Shown one piece after another: positions 57,352-64,000 of a DNA stretch of 64,000 nucleotides (its first letter is position 1; each line of letters starts with the position of its first letter). Position numbers and translations under genes: made by a program. This DNA comes from a virus (taxonomy: Duplodnaviria > Caudoviricetes): positions 23,261 through 87,260 of the IMG/VR virus record IMGVR_UViG_3300009868_000003. One strand, given 5' to 3'. A model generated the notes under the pieces. The model was not told where the DNA came from and made no database searches. It saw only the letters and a list, made by a program, of their open reading frames with translations.

Positions 57352-58713
57352 TTAAGAAGGTCTGTTCTGGCTTCTTTTTTGCTTAAGCTTCTTTATTTCG
57401 ATGAGTTCAGTCTTACTGTCAATTGTTGAATTTTCAGAAAGAGTTCCCCGTCTTACTATACATTCACTAAGGTTGGCAAATATCATCTTTCCTGGCTTGT
57501 TTTTAATGAATGACATCCTAATTTCATTCATACCTTCTCCATTAAATAGACAATCATCAACATAACTATATCGTATATCGTTTCCGTTTAAAATCTCACA
57601 TTCCTTTATCATCGAAGAACGAACCTTACACCCATAAAGCAAACATTCTTTAAGTTCTCCCTCAACATAACACTCAAAAAATTGAAATCCTTCCAATAAA
57701 AACCCGTTTTCAATTTTAGCCCCTTTGATTTGTAATTTTTTAAGGTCTGAATCATAATTTACGACTCCCTTCTTAAGGTTACCATACATTACTAAGTCAA
57801 ATAGTTTATCCCTAAATGCTGGAAACATTGCTGTTATTTTTTGGTGCTCAGAAATGGTGTCAACATATAGAGAAATATCAGGGTATGATAATTTAAAGTT
57901 CTCATAACTTCTCATTGATTCTATTCGCTTCTTCTGTTCAGCGATAACTCGATTTATCCTATGTCTTTCAATATCAGAATAAGTATTGTTATTGGATAGA
58001 GTGTTGTAAATATTCTCTATTATGATGTTTATGAGTTCAATCGATTCGTTTTTCTTCTTTTCATAACCCTGTCCACCTGCATATCTTACTTCAAGGTAAC
58101 CTTTAGCCAGTTTTGTAAAATTGACTCCAAAGTATTTGGTTGCAGGGTACACAAAATCCATAGGATTTGCACCATGTGAATAATTTAATGCAGCTTCTCC
58201 TAAAAATTTATTCTTTGGGTATATGAAAGAGACCGAATTTTTATAAATCTTCTGAACCTTTGATGTAGCATTAGGCCAAAGTTCGAATATTTTTTCCTCG
58301 TTTAAGTTAAGTATAAATTTGAAAACGTTTAACGATTCCATTCTATTCTTTAAACCTGCATCAAATTCATTTATTGAAACGTTTATATGCAGGCCTGACT
58401 TGTCATTTGTAAACCCATTCTCTTGAATAAAATTCATGACTTTAAAGAAGACCTGAATTGCTTCATGATATGGTAATGGACCTGTCACAAGTTCATGCAT
58501 CTTAAAACCACCTGAATAATCAGGTTCAAGTTTAAATTGGTTCTCATCAACTGGAATAGTTGAATGATATGTTCCTGTCTTAACAACCTTTTTGTTTAAT
58601 AATGCAGAAAGCCTCTCAGCTAGCATTTTTCTTGGCATTGGCGAAAAGAATTCGAACTCGAATCCTAATTTAGCATTTTCAAATGCCTTAGACTTGTTGA
58701 TATCTTTATACAT
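57352..58713 (-). CDS. putative amidoligase (Amidoligase_2, COOH-NH2 ligase) with beta-helix-like C-terminus
   Basis: GFEFEF, EPD.S, ELVT, SGLHINVS, KYFGVN, EVRYAGG. Confidence 0.75.
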   Translation of the reverse strand: MYKDINKSKAFENAKLGFEFEFFSPMPRKMLAERLSALLNKKVVKTGTYHSTIPVDENQFKLEPDYSGGFKMHELVTGPLPYHEAIQVFFKVMNFIQENGFTNDKSGLHINVSINEFDAGLKNRMESLNVFKFILNLNEEKIFELWPNATSKVQKIYKNSVSFIYPKNKFLGEAALNYSHGANPMDFVYPATKYFGVNFTKLAKGYLEVRYAGGQGYEKKKNESIELINIIIENIYNTLSNNNTYSDIERHRINRVIAEQKKRIESMRSYENFKLSYPDISLYVDTISEHQKITAMFPAFRDKLFDLVMYGNLKKGVVNYDSDLKKLQIKGAKIENGFLLEGFQFFECYVEGELKECLLYGCKVRSSMIKECEILNGNDIRYSYVDDCLFNGEGMNEIRMSFIKNKPGKMIFANLSECIVRRGTLSENSTIDSKTELIEIKKLKQKRSQNRPS

Positions 58714-58718
58714 AAGTT

Positions 58719-58726
58719 TATTTATC
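58719..58726 (-). promoter_or_regulatory. late-like promoter GATAAATA
   Basis: 5 nt upstream of amidoligase start 58713. Confidence 0.45.
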
Positions 58727-58729
58727 GAA

Positions 58730-60799
58730 TTATCTGTTTCGGGTCACATAAGGACTTCCTAATCTTGGCTTAGTGTTATCAATCACCTGCAACATTGATT
58801 CATCCCTAATGATGAGCTGGCTAATTAAGTAATCATGGTCTTCCTCCTGTACCATAGTATTAAGTATTCTAAGATTAGCAAGATGAATATTTGAAGTTGG
58901 AATGCAATAGAAATCAGCATCAGTAAACTCAAACTCAGTTAAAGTGATGTTTTCTTCAAACACCTTATTTAATTGGTTAAAATTTTTGGTGTTTGCTGGG
59001 TCCTGGGTAAACGAATACACGTAGATTCCAGCCTGTTTAAATTCAAAGGAAACTGGCATGAAAATCTGATACCATTTATCACTTTCAACAGTACCGACAT
59101 TAAAATTATAAGTATCTGAGTTTAAAATAAGTGTAATTATTAAATTGCCGGTGTTTGAAACAGTTCCATACACTTGAATACCTTTAGACTGAGTTTCATC
59201 ATATCCCCTTATTAAAAAGAATTCTTGAGTTGAAGAGTTCAATCTAAATATGCAGGAAAGAGTTAAATTCTTTTGAACATCAGATAGACTTGCCTTTTCC
59301 TTATATACAACTGCATTTGACCTAGTCTTTATTCTAATTTTCTCAGGGTCTATTGTGTAAATGTTTTTAAAAGAGCTTGAATTAAACAATAGGTTTGAAT
59401 TAGCATAAATGTTCACATAACGAAGTCCGTTAGAAATGTCATGTTTAGGACCGTCTGTTTTAATTCTCCAAGCCTGTCCTAATGAATTTAGGTTTAGATC
59501 GCCCGTCCTAACAGAACCTGCCTGCCATGCAGTAAAAAGAGCAGAACCTTCGTATGCTGAAAGATACGTTGGGCTTCCTTGTAAGATTCCATAATCGTCA
59601 CCAACTGTTGACGTAAACCTAAAGTCAGTTGAGGTTGAACTTATAGAAGACATATCATAATAGTGCCCAATGAGTTCACCATAATTATACATCTGTTCAA
59701 GGTTCTTTACTATCATGTCTGGATTAAGATACGAACGCGATTCATCAAACCTGTTAGAAATTGTTGTTAATTGTTGTGGATTAGTTGCATCCTTTACTGC
59801 TTCTTTCACTTGTTGACCAAATGCATCTTCAGATGAAAGTATAAGATTGTCTATGACCGTCTTTTCCTTAGGAGGAATTATAGTGTCAATGTTTGGATTG
59901 TATACTTTGAGTTGCATTTTCCAGTAAGCAGGAACCATCATAAACCCTCGATAAAGATATGACCCTTGAATTTCATACATTCTATTCAATAAAGGAAAAT
60001 ATAAGAAATCCCTTTTCCTAGGTTCGGAATTTTTACCAAAAATTGTCTGGAAATACTTATGATCGATGTGAATCTCAAATGGAGTCATAAAACCTATTCC
60101 GCTTTCCTGAAACGTTGGTTTATTATCTGGAATGTTATTGTCTGGAATAAGGACCTTTAGGCACTTTCTTTCTACTACTTTAAAGATTGTCCACTCTTTA
60201 AAGATGTAATCTCCACTTTTTCTATCAGGTTCTGTCCTAAAATAAACTACATCTTGACCAAAGATCCTATTAGTCTGAAAAGTCAGCTCTTGATAAATTC
60301 CAACAGCACTGTCTACTGAATACGGTTGAAACGAAGAAAGCCTATCTGCAATAACAGCTGGACACCTTTCGTCTGAACAATATGTTATTGGTGTATATAG
60401 TTCTGTGTTTGGGACGTTTACTACTTCTAATCCAAGTTTTATTTCATTGATCTTCACAGCATTTTCAAGCGAACCTGAACTACCATTATCATATTCATAC
60501 TTAAATTCAGCAAAAAAATCTTTAGTTTCATCAAGCACTATTGAATTTAAAATAGTTGAAATGTTATCTGGGTCCAATTCAAACCAAAGTGACCAATCTC
60601 CTTGATTGGTTGAATACCTGAAGAATCTTTTTATAGAGGCTTCATCATTTCCATCACCGACCTCAATATCTTCAGAAAATGAAAGAATCTGTGAAACTGT
60701 TGGCACAGGTTCCTTAGACGTGAACAATCTATAGTTTTTACTAAATGTTAACGTGTTCTTATCAGAATCAGGAATAACTTTTAAGACTACTTTAGACAT
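58730..60799 (-). CDS. neck/head-completion protein (T4 gp14-like core) with LamG-like C-terminal domain
   Basis: FG.DV.YF, D.IF.E, FE..FG....P...D.LYFP....MYEI; beta-sandwich C-terminus. Confidence 0.6.
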   Translation of the reverse strand: MSKVVLKVIPDSDKNTLTFSKNYRLFTSKEPVPTVSQILSFSEDIEVGDGNDEASIKRFFRYSTNQGDWSLWFELDPDNISTILNSIVLDETKDFFAEFKYEYDNGSSGSLENAVKINEIKLGLEVVNVPNTELYTPITYCSDERCPAVIADRLSSFQPYSVDSAVGIYQELTFQTNRIFGQDVVYFRTEPDRKSGDYIFKEWTIFKVVERKCLKVLIPDNNIPDNKPTFQESGIGFMTPFEIHIDHKYFQTIFGKNSEPRKRDFLYFPLLNRMYEIQGSYLYRGFMMVPAYWKMQLKVYNPNIDTIIPPKEKTVIDNLILSSEDAFGQQVKEAVKDATNPQQLTTISNRFDESRSYLNPDMIVKNLEQMYNYGELIGHYYDMSSISSTSTDFRFTSTVGDDYGILQGSPTYLSAYEGSALFTAWQAGSVRTGDLNLNSLGQAWRIKTDGPKHDISNGLRYVNIYANSNLLFNSSSFKNIYTIDPEKIRIKTRSNAVVYKEKASLSDVQKNLTLSCIFRLNSSTQEFFLIRGYDETQSKGIQVYGTVSNTGNLIITLILNSDTYNFNVGTVESDKWYQIFMPVSFEFKQAGIYVYSFTQDPANTKNFNQLNKVFEENITLTEFEFTDADFYCIPTSNIHLANLRILNTMVQEEDHDYLISQLIIRDESMLQVIDNTKPRLGSPYVTRNR

Positions 60800-60815
60800 C
60801 TATCTTACTTTTTCT

Positions 60816-60823
60816 TATTTATA
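60816..60823 (-). promoter_or_regulatory. T4-late-like promoter TATAAATA
   Basis: 16 nt upstream of start 60799. Confidence 0.55.
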
Positions 60824-60875
60824 AACATGTGCTAATTTTTGTGAATCGAAATAAATAACAAGAAAAGCTGGAGCT

Positions 60876-61670
60876 ATGAAAGCTATTAAAACAAAAGTGC
60901 TCCTCGATCCTCTTTGGATGGCAAGGTCTAAAAATATAGACCTAGAATATTATTCACTAAAATTGATGGCGGCTAAGCAATCATTTGAGAAAGTAATTGA
61001 CAAAAGCTTTTCAAATCTTCAAGAGATAATCTTTCACTACTTAAATATAAATCACCTGGAATTCACAGGTAAGGTGTATGATTCTTCACTGAATGAGGTA
61101 AAGGACGGCAATATTCCTGCATTATATGATGGGTTTAAGACCGGAAAAGAAGATTTTCTAAGTATCTTCGAAGAAACAGAAAAAAGGATATCTGAGATTC
61201 TTATTGCTTATCTTAAACGAGCATTAGATGATCTTTCCAATTTAGAGTTCTATTTTAATAGCCTTAAAGTTCATAGAAAAGATCGAGTGTATATAGTATT
61301 CAAATATTCAGGTCAAAAAGTCTATGAGATATGGAAACTTGATTACAATCCTAAGGAAAACCTAGGATTCGAATTCAAGCATATACTTAGCGCAGAATTT
61401 GAAGAATCTCAGCCTAATACCTTTAAACAAAAAGTTGTTACTCTTAACTCAAACTTAAAGGACTTTGATCCTAATCATAATGTATTAGTAGTTATCAGTA
61501 ACTCTGATTCTATTAAAAAGAAAGAGTGTCTACTTTTGGTAAAAGACATGGTAATAGTCAACAAATCAATAAACATGAATGCATCATTTGATGCTAATGC
61601 CATGAGAGACCTTTTATCTGTCGTAGAAAAAAGAAAGGGATTAGAGATTACCCCTCAGCCTCGTACCTAA
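60876..61670 (+). CDS. hypothetical protein
   Basis: 264-aa ORF; AATAAATA at 60850-60857. Confidence 0.65.
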   Translation: MKAIKTKVLLDPLWMARSKNIDLEYYSLKLMAAKQSFEKVIDKSFSNLQEIIFHYLNINHLEFTGKVYDSSLNEVKDGNIPALYDGFKTGKEDFLSIFEETEKRISEILIAYLKRALDDLSNLEFYFNSLKVHRKDRVYIVFKYSGQKVYEIWKLDYNPKENLGFEFKHILSAEFEESQPNTFKQKVVTLNSNLKDFDPNHNVLVVISNSDSIKKKECLLLVKDMVIVNKSINMNASFDANAMRDLLSVVEKRKGLEITPQPRT

Positions 61671-63669
61671 GTTCAAGATGGTAGTTACTACCGTTGATAA
61701 TATTTGGAATCAAGAGAACACCGTTAGCTTGGACCTGAATAGGAACAAACGCACTGTCTCCGGCTGACCATACTGGAAATATTCTACTTGCACTTGGTCT
61801 GTATCCCACAGGAAGAGTTAGTATTGTGCCGAATGCTGTGGTTGTAGCTGCTTCAATTATTCCCCTAAACTCAACATAATTATCAAAGGTTTTTCGTACG
61901 GCAAATGGTGTGTTTGATGGGTTAACTGTTGCAGGGTCGGCCCAGTTAGAACTAAGTGTTGGAACAAGCTCACCGTTTACAAATATTTCGCTTGGCGGAA
62001 CATAATTAGGATAAGTATGTCCGTTTTCTAATATTTGTTTCCATGGTTCATTTTGAATGGTCTGTCCAACTGATAACCAAATATATGTTCCGCCTGATTT
62101 CATACAGTGAAACATCATGCTTTCACCTGGTAACATTATGTATTCATTGACCCTGTTTGGAAACTGACCTTGAAATTTGGAGAAGAAAAAGTTTGCTGAT
62201 TCAGTGTATGCAGGATCAACTTGAGTATAACTGTTACCTCCGTTTGTAAACGCAAGCCTTAACCTCCATAAACCTGTATAGTTCATGTTTTTAATTCTCA
62301 CTATACGATTCACTTGGCTTGGACCGGCAATTGGAAACGTAATGTTTTGAGTATATGGATATCCTGCTCGGGTAGAAGGTTCTACATATGGATCCGGAAT
62401 ATTAACTAAATCATCTTGACCTGCTATAAAAACTATTTCACAAGTATCATCATTTAATGGATAGTTAAGAGTATATGAGTTTCCTGGGTTAACTTGAGTA
62501 TTGTCTGGTATTATGTAAGTAATGTTATTACCAAACGAGCCTAACACATTTAAACCTAATACCGGAGTTTCAGGATCTGCTTGTCCTAAAGTAGAACGAC
62601 CTATGTTAGTCTTTCCAGAACCGGTAGTTTTGACTGCAATATGAGTGTTACCCTCAAGCTTCATTTTATAACCAGAGACTCCATCTCTTGCTTGAAGAAG
62701 TAGAAGCCCATTAGAGTCTATACCAAGCGACCATTTGACTATATTACTTCCGCTTGAGTTTTCAACAGTAATACCGTCAACTGCATCAAATAATGTTCCT
62801 ATTGATGACATGCTCTGTATTGAATTAAACGAAAGAGTCAGAGGACCTGAAGTTGTTGCTTTAGAAAGAACCCAGTTCATCGATGAATCAAAATCATATT
62901 CACTAGGTGAAGCTGTCTCAATTGGAGCAAGAACGTGACGTGCTAAAAAGACTCCACTGTTTCCTATTTGATACTTAATTTTATAGCTTTCATCTTCAGT
63001 TGTTGGGACAACACCAGTACCGGGGTCATGGAATATACCAAGCTGGATATGGTGTCTGACTGTGTTGTCGACGTTTCCGTTTACGTGATTGACGTAAATT
63101 GAATTCATTGAGGTATAGAAATCGTCTGGGTTAAGACCTAGGGTCGTGATGTTATAGTTATGTAAGAATAAGACATCATTTTTAAACGAAAGAGGCAAAT
63201 AACCTGTTGATATCCTATCATTAAACTGATGGTCAGAACGTATGAAAGTAATAAATTGGTCGGAATTAGATACACCGTTTATTGACCTTATTAAGGTGGT
63301 GTTAGACGTGCTAAGGTAATTGTTGATTATTGTTCCGAAGTTTAAAACTGCAGTCCAAGTAACTCCATCTGCATCCAGCTGCCATGCCTGTTGAGGGTTT
63401 AAATAAAAATCTCCAGGAACAGCACCCAATGATGATGAGGTAGGAGGAATGACCAGGTTTCCGGTAAACCAATAAGAACCTCGAATACCTTGGCTACCTG
63501 TCTGACCGATTGGACCTATTGGTCCAATGAGACCTTGAAAACCTTGATCTCCTTTTTCACCAATCCCTAAAAGTAAAAGCTGATTAAAGTCAAAATTTAA
63601 CTTTTCTGCAATCATTTCAGGTGTGTCTGAAGCAAAAAACTCCTTAAGATTTATTATAACACTGCTCAT
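61648..63669 (-). CDS. tail fibre protein with collagen-like Gly-X-Y repeat
   Basis: GEKGDQGFQGLIGPIGPIGQTGSQGIRGS; C-terminal V.FRG......TLP.GYRP fibre tip motif. Confidence 0.7.
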   Translation of the reverse strand: MSSVIINLKEFFASDTPEMIAEKLNFDFNQLLLLGIGEKGDQGFQGLIGPIGPIGQTGSQGIRGSYWFTGNLVIPPTSSSLGAVPGDFYLNPQQAWQLDADGVTWTAVLNFGTIINNYLSTSNTTLIRSINGVSNSDQFITFIRSDHQFNDRISTGYLPLSFKNDVLFLHNYNITTLGLNPDDFYTSMNSIYVNHVNGNVDNTVRHHIQLGIFHDPGTGVVPTTEDESYKIKYQIGNSGVFLARHVLAPIETASPSEYDFDSSMNWVLSKATTSGPLTLSFNSIQSMSSIGTLFDAVDGITVENSSGSNIVKWSLGIDSNGLLLLQARDGVSGYKMKLEGNTHIAVKTTGSGKTNIGRSTLGQADPETPVLGLNVLGSFGNNITYIIPDNTQVNPGNSYTLNYPLNDDTCEIVFIAGQDDLVNIPDPYVEPSTRAGYPYTQNITFPIAGPSQVNRIVRIKNMNYTGLWRLRLAFTNGGNSYTQVDPAYTESANFFFSKFQGQFPNRVNEYIMLPGESMMFHCMKSGGTYIWLSVGQTIQNEPWKQILENGHTYPNYVPPSEIFVNGELVPTLSSNWADPATVNPSNTPFAVRKTFDNYVEFRGIIEAATTTAFGTILTLPVGYRPSASRIFPVWSAGDSAFVPIQVQANGVLLIPNIINGSNYHLELRYEAEG

Positions 63670-63998
63670 TAAATAAGCCTAATTTTTAGTTTTGGACTGA
63701 TGATAAGGCTGAATCCTAGTCTCTTAGAGAATCTAAACTTAAGCTCTAACCTCTCCGATTTATTTATTTGAAGGTTCCTAGATAGTGAAAACCCTTGTTG
63801 AAACCTTGATGAATCGTTTGAAAGAAACTGAAAGTCAACTGTGTTTACTATTGAACCTATTGATTGGGTATTTGAAACTACACTCTTACTTTCCTTGGAA
63901 TAAAATTCCACCGAATTTATATCATAAAGAGGTATTAGGTTTGAAACTATATATGAATTGATGTAATCAGTAAGTGTAAGCTTGCCTAAGAAATCATT
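63669..63998 (-). CDS. 3' end of a larger structural gene truncated by the window edge
   Basis: Frame stays open from GTG 63911 back to the window end (NDFLGKLTLTDYINS...). Confidence 0.6.
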   Translation of the reverse strand, partial: NDFLGKLTLTDYINSYIVSNLIPLYDINSVEFYSKESKSVVSNTQSIGSIVNTVDFQFLSNDSSRFQQGFSLSRNLQINKSERLELKFRFSKRLGFSLIISPKLKIRLI

Positions 63999-64000
63999 AT

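Noticed and set aside
517-62938. Numerous 60-130 aa ORFs antisense to or nested in long genes (e.g. 517-792, 8656-8985, 12972-13364, 33803-34105, 50904-51173)
   Set aside because: Shadow ORFs lying within well-supported genes, with no motifs of their own.
63480-63570. Gly-X-Y repeat as an unusual eukaryote-like collagen
   Set aside because: Short collagen-like repeats are common in phage tail fibres.
1-64000. Stop-codon reassignment, as seen in some large phages
   Set aside because: Long conserved genes are intact under the standard code; the only clear break (fpg) is a frameshift, not an in-frame stop.
1-64000. CRISPR array, integrase, transposase or rRNA
   Set aside because: None recognised on reading; repeats found are short hairpins or promoter motifs.

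Overview
A 64-kb, AT-rich, gene-dense segment of a large T4-like (jumbo-type) tailed phage genome read in the standard code. The host is probably Bacteroidota (DUF3127, DUF4494 and BT0820-like genes). The left 36 kb is accessory. It holds an NAD-related operon (NadE, 2OG-Fe(II) oxygenase, NadD-like adenylyltransferase fused to a type I PRTase), cell-wall enzymes (YkuD-like, PG-binding+Tlde1-like, PG-binding+SLT), thyX, gmk, Hsp20, Dam, NADAR, Nudix, SLOG and HD hydrolases. It also holds a repair set (frameshifted Fpg/Nei, UvsE, MBD4-like glycosylase, ATP-dependent ligase) and a T4 beta-glucosyltransferase-like enzyme. The right 27 kb is mostly minus-strand morphogenesis genes (baseplate, large terminase, tail completion, neck, fibres) with an ECF-type sigma, PhoH and an amidoligase, interrupted by a plus-strand tmRNA + GIY-YIG homing endonuclease cassette. 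Two patterns span the window: a T4-late-like (T/G/A)ATAAATA motif just upstream of many genes, and a shared N-terminal motif resembling the T4 capsid-targeting sequence on about 10 unrelated proteins. All protein calls come from motif recognition by eye; no database search was run.
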